Counted from the first letter of the stretch, positions 47,310 to 61,249 are shown. The stretch: 64,000 bases of DNA from Mobula hypostoma (GCF_963921235.1 NC_086097.1:204478001-204542000); one strand, 5' to 3'. Numbers and translations are program-made. Notes: a model not told the origin generated them from the letters alone.

Positions 47310-50221
47310 TAGTGAGATTATAGAAGTTGAATGCGTGGCTGAGGAGTTGGTGCAGGGAGCAGGGTTTTAGATTTTTTGATCATTGGGATCTGTTCTGGGG
47401 AAGGTGGGGCCTGTACAGATTGGATGGGTCGCACCTGAACTCGAGGGGGAGAAATATCCTTGCAGGTAGGTTTGCTAGCATGGTTCGGGAGGGTTTACGA
47501 GGGGGATGGGACCCAGAACGATAGAGCAGTGAAAGAAGTGCATGGAGTAAAGCCAGATCTAACATATAGAGAGGCTTTGAGGAAAGAGAAGCAGAATAAA
47601 TGTTGTAAAGACAGTAAGGTAGAAGGGCTGAAATGTGTGTACCTCAATGCAAGAAGCATCAGGAACAAAGGTGATGAACTGACAGCTTGGATACATACAT
47701 GGAATTATGATGTAGTGGCCATTACAGAGACTTGGCTGGCACCAGAGCAGGAATGGATTCTCAATATTCCTGGACTTCAGTGCTTTAAAAGGGATAGAGA
47801 GGGTGGAAAAAGGGGAGGAGGGGTGACATTACTGGTCAGGGATACTATTACAGCTACAGAAAGGGTGGGTAATGTAGCAGGATCCTCTTTTGAGTCAATA
47901 TGGGTGGAAGTCAGGAACAGGAAGGGAGCAGTTACTCTGTTGGGGGTATTCTATAGGCCCCCTGGTAGCAGCAGAGATACAGTGAGCACCGCTCCCTGGC
48001 CTTTAGCATTATCATGGAAAAGGATAGAATCAGAGAGGACAGGAAAATTCTTAATTGGGGAAAGGCAAATTATGAGACTATAAGGCTAGAACTTGCGGGT
48101 GTGAATTGGGATGATGTTTTTGCAGGGAGGTGTACTATGGACATGTGGTCGATGTTTAGAGATCTCTTGCAGGATGCTAGGGATAAATTTGTCCTGGTGA
48201 GGAAGATAAAGAATGGTAGGGTGAAGGAACCATGGGTGACAAGTGAGGTGGAAAATCTAGTCAGGTGGAAGAAGGCAGCATACATGAGGTTTAGGAAGCA
48301 AGGATCAGATGGGTCTATTGAGGAATATAGGGAAGCAAGAAAGGAGCTTAAGAAGGGGCTGAGAAGAGCAACAAGGGGGCATGAGAAGGTCTTGGCGAGT
48401 AGGGTAAAGGAAAACCTCAAGGCATTCTTCAATTATGTGAAGGAGAAAAGGACGACAGGACTGAAGGTAGGATTGATTAGAGATAAAGGTGGGAAGATGT
48501 GCCTGGAGGCTGTGGAAGTGAGCAAGGTCCTCAATGAATACTTCTCTTCGGTATTCACCAATGAGAGGGAACTTGATGATGGTGAGGACAATATGAGTGA
48601 GGTTGACGTTCTGGAGCATGTTGATATTAAGGGAGAGGAGGTGTTGGAGTTGTTAAAATACATTAGGACAGATAAGTCGCCGTGGCCTGATGGAATATTC
48701 CCCAGGCTGCTCCACGAGGCAAGAGAAGAGATTGCTGAGCCTCTGGCTAGGATCTTTATGTCCTTCTTGTCCACGGGAATGGTACCGGAAGATTGGAGGG
48801 AGGTGAATGTTGTCCCCTTGTTCCAAAAAGGTAGTAGGGATAGTCTGGGTAATTATAGACCAGTGAGCCTTATGTCTGTGGTGGGAAAGCAGTTGGAAAA
48901 GATTCTTAGAGATAGGATCTATAGGCATTTAGAGAATCATGGTCTGATCAGGGACAGTCAGCATGGCTTTGTGAAGGGCAGATCGTGTCTAACAAGCCTG
49001 ATAGAGTTCTTTGAGGAGGTGACCATGCATATAGATGAGGGTAGTGCAGTGGATGTGATCTATATGGATTTTAGTAAGGCATTTGACAAGGTTCCACATG
49101 GTAGGCTTATTCAGAAAGTTAGAAGGCTTGGGATCCAGGGAAATTTGGCCAGGTGGATTCAGAATTGGCTTGCCTGCAGAAGGCAGAGTGGGGTGGTGGA
49201 GGGAATACATTCAGATTGGAGGATTGTGACTAGTGGTGTCCCACAAGGATCTGTTCTGGGACCTCTACTTTTCGTGATTTTTATTAATGACCTGGATGTT
49301 GGGGTGGAAGGGTGGGTTGGCAAGTTTGCAGACGACACAAAGGTTGGTGGTGCTGTAGATAGTGTAGAGGATTGTCAAAGATTGCAGAGAGACATTGATA
49401 GGATGCAGGAGTGGGCTGAGAAGTGGCAGATGAAGTTCAACCCGGAGAAGTGTGAGGTGGTACCCTTTGGAAGGACAAACTCCAAGGCAGAGTACAAAGT
49501 AAATGGCAGGATACTTGGTAGTGTGGAGGAGCAGAGGGATCTCGGGGTACATGTCCACAGATCCCTGAAAGTTGCCTCACAGGTGGATAGGGTAGTTAAG
49601 AAAGCTTATGGGGTGTTAGCTTTCATAAGTCGAGGGATAGAGTTTAAGATCGCGATGTAATGATGCAGCTCTATAAAACTCTGGTTCGGCCACACTTGGA
49701 GTACTGAGTCCAGTTCTGGTCACCTCACTATAGGAAGGATGTGGAAGCATTGGAAAGGGTATGGAGGAGATTTACCAGGATGCTGCCTGGTTTAGAAAGT
49801 ATGCATTATGATCAGAGATTAAGGGAGCTAGGGCTTTACTCTTTGGAGAGAAGGAGGATGAGAAGAGACATGATAGAGGTGTACAAGATAATAAGAGGAA
49901 TAGATAGAGTGGACAGCCAGCACCTCTTCCCCAGGGCACCACTGCTCAATACAAGAGGACATGGCTTTAAGGTAAGGGGTGGGAAGTTCAAGGGGGTTAT
50001 CAGAGGAGGGTTTTTTACTCAGAGAGTGGTTGGTGCGTGGAATGCACTGCCTGAGTCAGTGGTGGAGGCAGATACATTAGTGAAGTTTACGAGACTACTA
50101 GACAGGTATATGGAGAAATTTAAGCTGGGGGCTTATATGGGAGGCAGGGTTTGAGGGTCGGCACAACATTGTGGGCCGAAGGGCCTGTACTGTGCTGTAC
50201 TATTCTATGTTCTATGTTCTA
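47310..50221 (+). mobile_element. Young 5'-truncated CR1/HER1 LINE (end of SGNH-esterase ORF1, ORF2, (TGTTCTA)n tail)
   Basis: ORF1 end WDLFWGRWGLYRLDGSHLN; endonuclease YLNARSIRNK..AITETWL; RT QHGFVKGRSCLTSL, DFSKAFDKVPH, GVPQGSVLGPLLF, FADD. Confidence 0.95.
47634..50154 (+). pseudogene. CR1 ORF2 (APE-RT), broken by a deletion at ~47980 and a frameshift/stop near 49650-49710; longest piece 48014-49660 (548 aa)
   Basis: ORF track pieces 47460-48083, 48014-49660 and 49741-50154 join into one ORF2 that lacks the endonuclease GDFN motif region. Confidence 0.9.
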
Positions 50222-51029
50222 TAAATTTGTCATCGATGTAAAACAGCTATTGCACAGAGGCTTTTGGCAATTGCAAATTAACAAACAACAAAATATTGTT
50301 ATAGTCAATGGCATTTTAAATTTTAATCCTGTATAGCTGAGATTAATAATGTATTATAATTACTTACTTGCATTAAATTGCCAAACATGACTGCTTTTGA
50401 CATGGTGGAATGAATTAGATGTAAAGACCAAGAGTGTGTTTGAACCGATCTATTATTAATTTTGCTCAAAGGCTCTGAATATGTTAAACCATCGATTTAT
50501 CTTGTCCACTGTTTTATTTAACATGCCTTTTTACAAGCATTTAAAGCCTTTGTTCCTCTTTTGTGTAATGTATTGGGCTGAAAATTCTATCACGTGCTAA
50601 AGCATTTCCATGCAATGCAAGGCAGATACTTATCGCTTCTGGGTCTTTTGTGGATTCATAGGCAAACAGGCAAATGCATTAGTAGTCAGTAGATGCAACA
50701 CTAATTTTGATGAGGCTTTCTTTAAATTCTTTGATGCAAATATAGCTCAGAACCAGCATAATTACCTTGTAAGTAGTTTTCATAAGTTTTGTGGCTTCAT
50801 AACTTACAGTGGACCTCTCTTTTACTTTCAAATTAATGCTACCATTTTATGTTTTTCCTCCTGCTCCTATAACATTACATAAGTATTTATCTCTGAGTTT
50901 TTTTTCCATTTAAACAGAGGATTGAAAACTGGGTGGAGTACTTACACTGCAGCCCATGTTAAGGCTAAATCCTTAAACAGCACTGGGTTCCTGTTGATAT
51001 CATGGCTCACCATGTGAATACATGAAGCT

Positions 51030-51690
51030 ATATAGCACAGAAAGGAGCCCTTTGACATAGGAGCCTATGCTATTAACGTACATACTGATAATCAGGTACC
51101 TTGTATAGTCATCCCATTTTCCTGTACATGGCTTGTGGTTGGTGATTCAAGTACTCATCCAGTTACTTCTGAAGTGTTATGAACCTTTGCATCCACCACC
51201 AATGATTCCAAATTTTTGAACTATCCTCTGGATGAAATATTCTTCCTCAGATCCTTCATAAACCTCCTATTCTATGCCTCTGCTATGGAGAAAAGTGTTC
51301 TTTATCTACTCTACCTACACCTCTCAGAATTTTGTACATCTCAACTGAATCAATTTTTGGCCTCTTCCAAGGAAAATAAATCTAGCCTCATAACAGAAAG
51401 ATCCCATCACAGGTGATTTCCTGGTAAAATGTTTCTGTACTCTTTCCAAGACAATCATGTCCTTCCTATAGTGTGGTAACCAGAAGCGTATACACAATTC
51501 CAGGTATGGTATAGCCAGTGTTTGTTATAGTTGTACAATAATCTCTCTGATTTTCCATGTCCTTATAAATGAAACCAAGAATCCACCATTCCTTCTTAAC
51601 CACTTCATCTATTGGCCCTGTCACTGACTGGAATTCTTTGATTTGTTCACCGACATCCCAATGTGCCTTAGTGTCCTGGGACACTACCTA
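51030..51690 (-). mobile_element. Old CR1 3' fragment
   Basis: IDEVVKKEWWILGFIYKDMEN on minus; similar to the CR1 3' region. Confidence 0.6.
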
Positions 51691-51704
51691 GGACCATCTG
51701 TTGG

Positions 51705-53460
51705 AGTCATAAAATCATAGAGAAGTATCACAGAAACAGGCTCTTTAACCCATCTAGCCCATGTCAAAACCATCTAGACTCCCTATTCTCATCAACCTGC
51801 ATCATGACCATAGCCCTCCATACTCTTACTATCCATGTACTTATCCAAACTTCTCAGAAATATTAAAATTGGGCTCGCATGCACCACTTGAGTGGACAGC
51901 TCATTCCACACTCACGTGATCCTCGTGCCCCTTTAAACTTTGCACCTTCCACTCTTAACTCATGACCTCTGGTTATAGTGCCACTCAACCTCAGTGGAAA
52001 ATGCATGCTTGAATTTACTCCATCTATACTGCTCATAATTTTATATAACTATATCAAATCTCCTCTTCTACACTCTAAAGAATACAGTCCTAACCTATTC
52101 AATCTTTCCTTATAACTCAGGTCCTCCAGACCCAGCAACATCCTTGTAAGTTTTCTCTGTACTCTTTCAACCTTCTTTATATCTTTCCTGTGAGCAATAT
52201 TGCACATAATATTCCAAATTAGGCCTCTCCAATATCTTATACCACTGTAACATAGCATCCCATCTTCTGTACTCAGTACATTGATTTATGAAGGTCAATG
52301 TGCCAAAAGCTTTTTTTACAACCCTATCTAGCTGAGATACCACTTTCAATGAATTATGGACTTGTATTCCCAGATCCCTTTGTTCTACCACACTCCTCAG
52401 TGCCCTGCCATTTTCTGTGTAAGACCCACCCTGGTTGGTCTTACTGAAGTTCAAAACCTCACACTTGTCTGCAGTGAATTCCATCTGCCAATTTTCAGCC
52501 CATGTTTCCAGCTGATGCAGATCTCTCTGCAAGCCATGATAGGTTTTTTCACTGTCCACTGCACCCCCAATTTTGGTGTCATCCACAACTTTGCTGATCC
52601 AGTTAACCACATTATCATCCAGATCATTGATATAGATGACAAACAACAAAGGATCCAGGACCGATCCTGTAGCACTTCGCTAGTCACAGGCCTCCAATCA
52701 GAGAAGCAACTATCTACTACCACTCCCTGGCTTCTCCCACAAAGCCAAAGTCTAATCCAATTTACTACCTCAGCCTGAATGCCAAGCAACTGAACCCTCT
52801 TAACCAGCTTCCCATGAGGGACATTGTCAAATGCCTTACTAAGGTCCATGTAGACAACATCCACTGCCTTGCCTTCATCCACTTTCCTGGTAACTTCCTT
52901 GAAAAACTCTATAACATTGGTTAAACATGACCTACCACACACAAAGCCATGCTGACTATCCTTAATCAGTCCATGTCTATCCAAATACTTATATATTCAG
53001 TCCCTTATAATACCTTTCAATAACTTTCCCACAGCTGATGTGAGACTCACTTGCCTATAATTCCCTAGTTTATGTTTAGAGCCTTTTTAAAATGGTAAAA
53101 CAACATTAGCTATCCTCTAATCCTCTGGTACCTCTCCTGTCACTAAGGATAATTTAAATATCTCTGCTAGGGCCATGGCAATTTCTGCATTTGTCTCCCA
53201 AAGGATCTGAGGGAACACCTTGTCAGACCCTGGGGATTTAACCACACTGATTTGCCTCAGGGTAGCAAACACTTCTTCCTCTGTAAACCTGTACAGGGTC
53301 CATGAAGTTCATGCCATTTCTACAGACTCTGTGTCCATCTCCAGAGTAAATACAGGTGCAAAGAATTCATTTATGATCTTCTCCATCTGTTTTGGCCCTT
53401 GCAATTCTTTGTACTTAACATATCTGTTGAATCAACTTCATGCCTTCCTTTAGCCTTCCT
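51705..53460 (-). mobile_element. CR1/HER1 LINE, 3' part (continues at 59800-60800)
   Basis: QHGFVCGRSCLTNVIEFF, DLSKAFDNVPH, EQRDLGIQV; tail near 51705. Confidence 0.9.
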
Positions 53461-53567
53461 GTCTTCGCCAGTACAATCTTCTATGCGGTGGTGTGCTGGG
53501 TTAATGGATCAACACAGGTGATGCCAATAGGCTCAATAAACTGATTAAAAAGGCTGGCTCCATTATA
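53461..53567 (+). mobile_element. Rex1 LINE 3' fragment, left half (continues at 59431-59800)
   Basis: ASTIFYAVVCW..ANRLNKLIKKAGSII joins GVKLDTLEAVVEQRTL at 59431. Confidence 0.7.
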
Positions 53568-53885
53568 TTGAATTGAATTGACTTTATTACCTACATCCTT
53601 CATATACATGAGGAGTAAAAACCTTTACGTTATGTCTCCGTCTAAATATGCAATGTATAGTAATCTATAATAAATAGTATGAACAACAGGATAGTCAATA
53701 TAACACAGAAATACAGTTGTGTCAGCGTGAGTTAAGCAGTCTGATGTCCTGATGGAAGAAGCTGTTCCGGAACCTGTTGGTCCTGGCTTTTATGCTGTGG
53801 TACTGTTTCCTGATTGGGAGCAGCTGGAATAGTTTGTGTTTGGGGTGACTCGGGTTCTCAATGATTCTTCAGGCCCTTTTTACAG

Positions 53886-56619
53886 GCACGACTCTGCAGC
53901 CTGGCAGGGAGTCACTGGGAGACATGGAGTGGGCAAATGTAACAGTAACGGCCTACTCTTACTGAAGACCCATGCAGCACATGACCTGCTCATCACCAAC
54001 ACAACTTTCCGCCTGCCTACCCGTAACAAGACCTCCTGGATGCACCCCCGCTCTAAGCATTGGCAACTTATCGACTAAGCCATTGCCAGGAGAAAAGACA
54101 GGCAGGATGTCAGAGTGACCAAGGCCGTGTGTGGCGCTGACTGCTGGACAGATCACAGGCTCATTGTCTCCAAGATGAAGCTCCACATCTGACCCAAGAG
54201 GCGACCACAAGGAAGCAAGGTGATGAAAAGAATCAACGTGGCCAGGCTGAAGAACTCCAGCATAGCTTCAGCACTGGCTGAAAATTTAGAAACCAAGCTT
54301 GCTGACCTACACCTTGCAGGCAGCGCTGTGGATGACTGGGAACGCTTCAGGGATATTGTCCATCCATCTGCACTGAAGATGCTAGGGCTCTCTATCCGCA
54401 AGCAGTATGACTGGTTCGATGAGAATGATGAGGAGATACAGGCTCTACTTGTTGAAAAGCACTGCCTTCATTGTGCCCATCGGAATGACCCATCATCAGC
54501 TGCCAAGAAAAACGCCTTTACCAGTGCTCGCAGGACAATCCAGAATAAACTGCGAAAAATGCAAGATGCCTGGCTGAGTACCAAGGCAGGTGAAATACAG
54601 GGATACGCTGACAGAAACGACTTGAAACAATTCTATGAAGCCCTCAACACTCTCTACGGACCTCAGTTTCTTGGGATTTCCCCCCTCCTGAGTATAAGGT
54701 GGTACAACTCTCATTACAGAGAAGGCTCAGATCCTGCAGAGATGGGCTGAACACTTTGAAGCCGTCCTCAACCAACCGTCATCTATTAACGATGAGGCGA
54801 TAGACAAGATCCCCAGGTTGACATCAACAGTGCCATTGATGACCCACCGGTAATAGCCGAAGTCACGGAAGGTGTCTGCCAGCTATCCAGTGGCAAAGCC
54901 CCAGGGGCAGACGCCTTACCTGCAGAGATCTACAAATCTGGTGGTCCTGTACTTATGGAGAAGCTCACCGAGTTGTTCCAGTCTTTTTGGAAGCAAGGGT
55001 CCATTCCTCAGGAACTTAAAGATTCATCCATCATATACCTCTACAAGAGGATGGGCATTCGACAAGTATGCGACAACCACCAAGGAATCTCGCTGCTCTC
55101 TATTGCAGGAAAAGCCCTTGTAAGAGTCCTACTAAATTGTCTGGTCACTCATCTGGAGCTGGGCCTGCTGCCAGCGTCACAGTGTGGCTTTCGCAAAGGT
55201 CGTGGGACTATTGACATGATTTTTGCAGCGCGTCAACTTCAGGAGAAGTGTCAGGAGCAGAATCGCGAACTCTACACAACTTTTGTTGACCTCATGAAAA
55301 CCTTCGACACTGTCTGCTGACAAGGCCTTTGGAAGATCATGTCAAAGTTCAGCTGCCCTGCCAATTTCATTCAGATGGTACGCCATGATGGCATGATGGC
55401 CAGAGTGCTGGACGGCGGAGAATCCTCTGAGGCGTTCCCAGTCACCAATGGTGTCAAACAGGGCTGTGTGCTCGCACCCACACTGTTCAGCATGATGTTT
55501 ACTGCCAGCTGAATGATGCCTTCCAGGACAGTGACGCTGGAATCAGCCTCAAGTACAGAGTGGATGGGAAGCTCTTCAACCTGAGGAGACTTCAAGCTAT
55601 TACCAAAGTGAAGGAGACTTTTCTGAGAGACTTCCTCTTTGCCGATGACTGCGCCCTGTATGCTGGCTCGCAGCCAGAGATGCAAGTCAATATGGACAAA
55701 TTCTCCACAGCTTGTGACAACTTTGGACTCACCATCAACATCAAAAAGACCGAAGTCCCGCACCAGCCTGCCCCTCATGCACCGTACACAGAACCGAAAA
55801 TCACAGTCAAAGGACAGAAACTACAGACAGTGGTCCAGTTTACTTACCTTGGCAGCACCCTCTCCCGAGCAGTGACTATTGATACAGAAGTTAACTGCAG
55901 AGTAGTGAAGGCAAGTTCTGCTTTCGGTAGACTGTGCTCCACTGTATGGGAACGCCGAGGAAACAGTCCAGCAACAAAACTGAAGGTCTACAGAGTCGAG
56001 GTACTCACTACCCTCCTGAATGCCTGTGACACGTGGAGTCGAAGGCATGCAAGACAGCTCAACCATTTCCACATGATGTGTCTTCACAGAATATTAGGCA
56101 TCAGATGGCAAGATAAAGTACCAGACACTGCAGTTCTCTCTAGAGCAAGTCTGCCATCAGTCCACACACTGCTGATGAGAGCACAGACCCGGTGTGCAGG
56201 TCATGTCATCCGCATGCCAGACGAGCGCATACCCAAGAGCTCCTTTTTGGGGAACTCTCTGCTGGAAGACGCTCACATGGAGGGCAGAAGAAACGTTACA
56301 AAGACACACTAAAGGCCTCCCTGAAGTCATTTGACATAGACACGACCTCCTGGGAAATGCAGGCACAAAACCACCCTACCAGGCACGGCCTCATCCACAA
56401 GGGCTGTCAAGCTTACAAAGCAAGGTGCATTGACATAAGCGTGAGCTATGAAAGTCCAGAGCCACCAGTGCAACAACTGCAGTGCCTACACGTGTCTGCC
56501 CTACACGTGCCAGGACATTCTGTGCCCGAATTGGCCTGACCAGTCATCATCGGACACACCGCATGCAGTCTCAAATTGACTAATGGTGTCAAGGTCTTCA
56601 TCAATGATGATGGACAAAC
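53886..56619 (+). mobile_element. RTE-BovB-type LINE, 5'-truncated and decayed
   Basis: [70 protein letters not shown]-terminal CPT..IGLTSHHRTH; GATGATGGAC end. Confidence 0.9.
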
Positions 56620-56954
56620 CACACACCTGTCTTTGTAAATGTCCTGAATAGTAGGAAGTTCACATCTACAGATGTGCTGGGCTGTCTGCACAACCCTCTG
56701 CCTAGTCCTGCGATTGAGAGAAGTACAGTTCCTGTACCAGGCAGTGATGCAGCCAGTCAGGATGCTCTCACTTGTGCCCCTGTAGAAAGTTCTTAGGATT
56801 TGAGAGCCCACACCAAACTTCTTCAACTGTCTGAGGTAAAAGAGGTTCTGTTGTACCTTTTTCACCACACAGCTGGTATGTACAGACCACGTGAGATCCT
56901 CGGTGATGTTTATGCTGAGGAACTTAAAGCTGTTCACCCTCTCAACCACAGATC

Positions 56955-58214
56955 CATAGTCATAGTCATAGTCATACTTTATTGATCCCAGGGGAAATTG
57001 GTTTTTGTTACAGTTGCACCATAAATAATTAAATAGTAATAAAACCATAAATCGTTAAATAATAATATGTAAACTATGCCAGGAAAATAAGTCCAGGACC
57101 AGCCTATTGGCTCAGGGTGTCTGACCCTCCAAGGGAGGAGTTGTAAAGTTTGATGGCCACAGGCAGGAATGACTTGCTATGACGCTCTGTGCTGCATCTC
57201 GGTGGAATGAGTCTCTGGCTAGATGTACTCCTGTGCCCAGCCAGTACATTATGTAGTGGATGGGAGACATTGTCCAAGATGGCATGCAACTTGGACAGCA
57301 TCCTCTTTTCAGACACCACCGTGAAAGAGTTCAGTTCCATCCCTACAACATCACTGGCCTTACGAATGAGTTTGTTGATTCTGTTGGTGTCTGCTACCCT
57401 CAGCCTGCTGCCCCAGCACACAACAGCAAACATGATAGCACTGGCCACCACAGACTCATAGAACATCCTCAGCATCATCCGGCAGATGTTAAAAGACCTC
57501 AGTCTCCTCAGAAAATAGAGACGGCTCTGACCCTTCTTGTAGACAGCCTCAGTGTTCTTTGACCAGTCCAGTTTATTGTCAATTCGTATCCCCAGGTATT
57601 TGTAATCCTCCACCATGTCCACACTGACCCCCTAGATGGAAACAGGGGTCACCGGTACCTTAGCTCTCCTCAAGTCTACCACCAGCTCCTTAGTCTTTTT
57701 CACATTAAGCTGCAGATAATTCTGCTCACACCATGAGACAAAGTTTCCTACCATAGCCCTGTACTCAGCCTCATCTCCCCTGCTGATGCATCCAACTATG
57801 GCAGAGCCATCAGAAAACTTCTGAAGCTGACAAGACTCTGTGCAGTAGTTGAAGTCCGAGGTGTAAATAGTGAAGAGAAAGGGAGACAAGACAGTCCCCT
57901 GTGGAGCCCCAGTGCTGCAGATCACTCTGTCGGACACACAGTGTTGCAAGCACACGTACTGTGGTCTGCCAGTCAGGTAATCAAAATCCATGACACCAGG
58001 AAAGCATCCACCTGCATCGCTGTCAGCTTCTCCCCAGCAGAGCAGGGCGGATGGTGTTGAACGCACCGGAGAAGTCAAAAAACATGACCCTCACAGTGCT
58101 CGCTGGCTTGTCCAGGTGGGCGTTGACACAGTTCAGCAGGAAGACGATGGCATCCTCAACTCCTAGTTGGGGCTGGTAGGCGAACTGGAGGGGATCTAAG
58201 TGTGGCCTGACCAT
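56955..58214 (-). mobile_element. Young Rex1 LINE, 3' part
   Basis: DPLQFAYQP..MFFDFSGAFNTI; GAPQGTVLSPFLFTIY; KYLGIRIDNKLDW..KKGQSRLYFLRRL; (CTATGA)n tail. Confidence 0.9.
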
Positions 58215-59430
58215 ATGTTGATGTCAATAGGGGCTAGCCTGTCTCCATTCCTCTTGTAGTCCACAACCAGCTCCTTTGCTTTCATGACAGTAAGGGAAGG
58301 GTTGTTTACTTGACACTATTCTGTCAGGGTGGTGACTTCTTCTCTGTAGGATGCCTCATTATTATTTGAGATTAGGCCAATCAATGTAGTGTTGTCAGCA
58401 AATTTAATTAGCAGATTGCAGCTGTGGGTAGTGACACAATTATGGATATACAGAGAATAAAGGAGGGGGCTTAAAACACAGCCCTGAAGGGCACCTTTGT
58501 TGAGGAACAGAGGGCAGAGGTGAGGGAGCCCACTCTTACCACCTGCTGGCAATCTGACAGGAAATCCAGGATCTAGCTACACAAGCAAGGTGAAGGCCGA
58601 GGTCTCTGAGCTTCTTGTCAAGCCTGGAGGGAATTATGGTGTTGAATGCTGAACCGTAGTCCAAGAACAGCATTCTCACATTAACATCCCTCTTCTCCAG
58701 TTGTGTAAGGACAGTGTGTAGAGTTGTGGCTATTGCGTTGTCTGTTGATCAGATGTGTCGGTAGGTGAATTGTAGGGGGTCCAGTGTGGGTGGGAGCAAG
58801 CTGCATATGTAGTCCGTAACCAGCCTCTCAATGCATTTGCTTATTATTGAGGTGAGTGCGACAGGACACCATTTGTTGCCTTGGTCTTTTTAGGTACAGG
58901 GACAATGGTGGATGTTTTGAAGCAGGAGGGCACTCTACACTGGGAGAGGAAGAGATTAAAAATGTCAGCAAAAATACCTGCCAGTTGTGCCGTACACATC
59001 CTGAGTACCCACCCTGGGATGCCGTCCGGCACTGCAGCCTTGCGACTGCCCACTCGTTGGAAACATCTGCGAACTTCGGCCTCAGAGATGGCCAAGCTGC
59101 CGGTCGCATCATCTGCAGGCCTCCTCGGGGGCTCAGTATTGGCGATATTGAATCGAGCGTAATAAAGACTTAGCTCGTCTGGGAGAGAGGCAGCAATGTT
59201 GGAAACTCCACTGTGTTTAACTGGGAAGTCTGTGATGATGTGCAGACCTTGCCATAAGTTGCATGTGCTATTGGTGGAAAGTTGTGTCTAGATCTTGTCC
59301 CTGTATTGTTGTTTTGCTGCCTTGATGACTTTACGCAGATCGTAGCTGCATTTCTTGAGCTCTTGCTGATTACCAGCAAAGTAAGGTCTGTGTTAAGAGA
59401 GTTAACACAGAGTGTTAACTCTGTGTTTTG

Positions 59431-59800
59431 GAGTTAAACTGGACACACTGGAGGCTGTGGTAGAACAAAGGACCCTACAGAAAATCCTGGCAATTCTGGA
59501 CAATGTTTCTCACCCTCTGCATGCCACCTTGGCTGGACAGAGGCTAAAAGGCTAAGACAACTGTGCTGCTCCAGAGAGCTATATGAGGTCATTCTTACCC
59601 TCAGCCATTCCATTAGGTTCTCTAATGAGTCAACCTATAGCCGGGGATGTGATGAACCCTCCTGTTAGACTGAATAAAAAAAATATTTTTTATTCTTTCT
59701 TATATCTCTTCTAATATTTGTATATTTGGTATATCTGTTCATTTGTAATGCTACTCTGACATTGTCATTTCCTTTGGGATCAATAAAGTATCTACCTATA
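59431..59800 (+). mobile_element. Rex1 LINE 3' end, right half
   Basis: ILAILDNVSHPLHATL; GATCAATAAAGTATCTAC tail. Confidence 0.75.
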
Positions 59801-60800
59801 TTCTTTCATAAGTGTTCTCTTGCATTTGTTATACTCCATAAGCACCTCATTTGTTTCAACTTGCCTACACCTGTGATACACATCCTATGTTCTCTTAACT
59901 AGTACCTCAATATCTCTTAAAAACCAAGGGTCCCTGCCCTTGTTGCCTTTACCTTTTGTTCTGACAGGCCTTGTACTCTGAAAATTTCATTTTTGAAGGC
60001 TCCCACTTTCCAAGTATACCTTTGCCAGAAAACAGCCTGTCCCAATCCACACTTGCCAGATCCTTTCAGATACAATCAAAATTGGCCTTTTTCCAATTTA
60101 GATTCTCAACTTGTATGCCAGAGCTAACTTGTTGCACATTTACTTTGAAACTAATGGCATTGTGATCACTGGATGCAAAGTGTTTCCTGACACGAACCTC
60201 TGTCACCTGCCAAAACACATTTGACAAAATCTATCCAATCTTGTTCTTTTACAGTATGGGATTCCCAGTCAATATGTGGAAAGTTAAAATCACCTACTAT
60301 TACAAACTTAAGTTTCTTGTGACAGTCTTTACAAATTTGTTCCTCTAAATCCCTAGGACTGTAATATAGCCCCTTCAACGTGGTTGTACATTTCTCATTT
60401 CTCAGTTCCACCCATAACACCTCACTAATCTGAGTTCTCCAGTCTTAAGGGCTGCCAAGACATTTTTCTAACTAGTACACCACTCCTTCCCTTTTAATCC
60501 CTCCCACTCTGTCACGTCTAAAATAACAGAACCCCACAATACTGAGCTGCCAGTCCTGCTTCACCTACAACCCAGTCTCACCAATGTCTTCAACGTCATA
60601 ATTCCAGGTGTTGATATGCCCTGTGCTCATCCACAATTCCTGCTATCTTGCATTGAAGTATGCTACTCAGGACACTAGTTGCACCATGTTCAACCTTTTG
60701 ATTCCTGACTTTGTCTGAGATCTTACCAACATCTACCTTCACAACTTCTCCACTAACTGTTCTGGCATTCTGGTTCCCATCCCCCTGTAATGCTAGTTTA
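59800..60800 (-). mobile_element. CR1 LINE, 5' continuation (endonuclease region, with deletions)
   Basis: LWVELRNEK..IVGDFNFPHIDWE; joins 53460 by comparison with the uninterrupted copy at ~63470-63550. Confidence 0.8.
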
Positions 60801-61249
60801 TGTCCTAGCCTTGTTAGTCTTCCCAAAATACTTCACTTTGGAGTTACCTGCAATAAATTCCATCTGCTATTGCTCTGGCATTTTTCCCAACTCATTGATA
60901 TAGTTCCATTGCCTCAGATTTTCCTCAATATATGAACTCTATTAACTTTCATGTCATCTGATCATTCTTTTTGCATTTAGATCCAAATCTCTAACGTTTA
61001 TAACAAACAGAAAGGGTTCTAGCATCAGGTCCTGTGCTATTCTATTGATTATAGGCATTCAAAATGAAACATAATCTTCCAATACCATCCTCTGTCTACT
61101 TTTACCAAACCAATTTTGTGTTCAATTTGCCAACTCGGTTCCAATGGTTACAAAACTTCCTTTGTCAAAGAATTCCCAGAGCCCTAGCGGACCACATTTC
61201 CTCATATGTAAAAAAATACAATCTAACTAACAAAGCCATGAATCCAAAT

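Larger units (their letters stand above)
53568..59380 (-). mobile_element. Rex1/Babar LINE (pieces 53568-53885, 56620-56954, 58215-59380) hosting two nested LINEs
   Basis: (ATTGA)n tail at 53567; GALQGCVLSPLLYSLY..KFADNT; RKAAVPDGIPGWVLR..FKTSTIVPVPKK; sequence continuous across both inserts. Confidence 0.85.

Noticed and set aside
48014..49660. Domesticated or active RT gene (548 aa)
   Set aside because: An ordinary young CR1 ORF2 with an endonuclease deletion and a downstream frameshift and stop.
50661..50768. Possible plus-strand exon (AG..CTT|GTAAGT), also 62949-63007
   Set aside because: Isolated splice-like signals with unrecognised peptides, as expected by chance.
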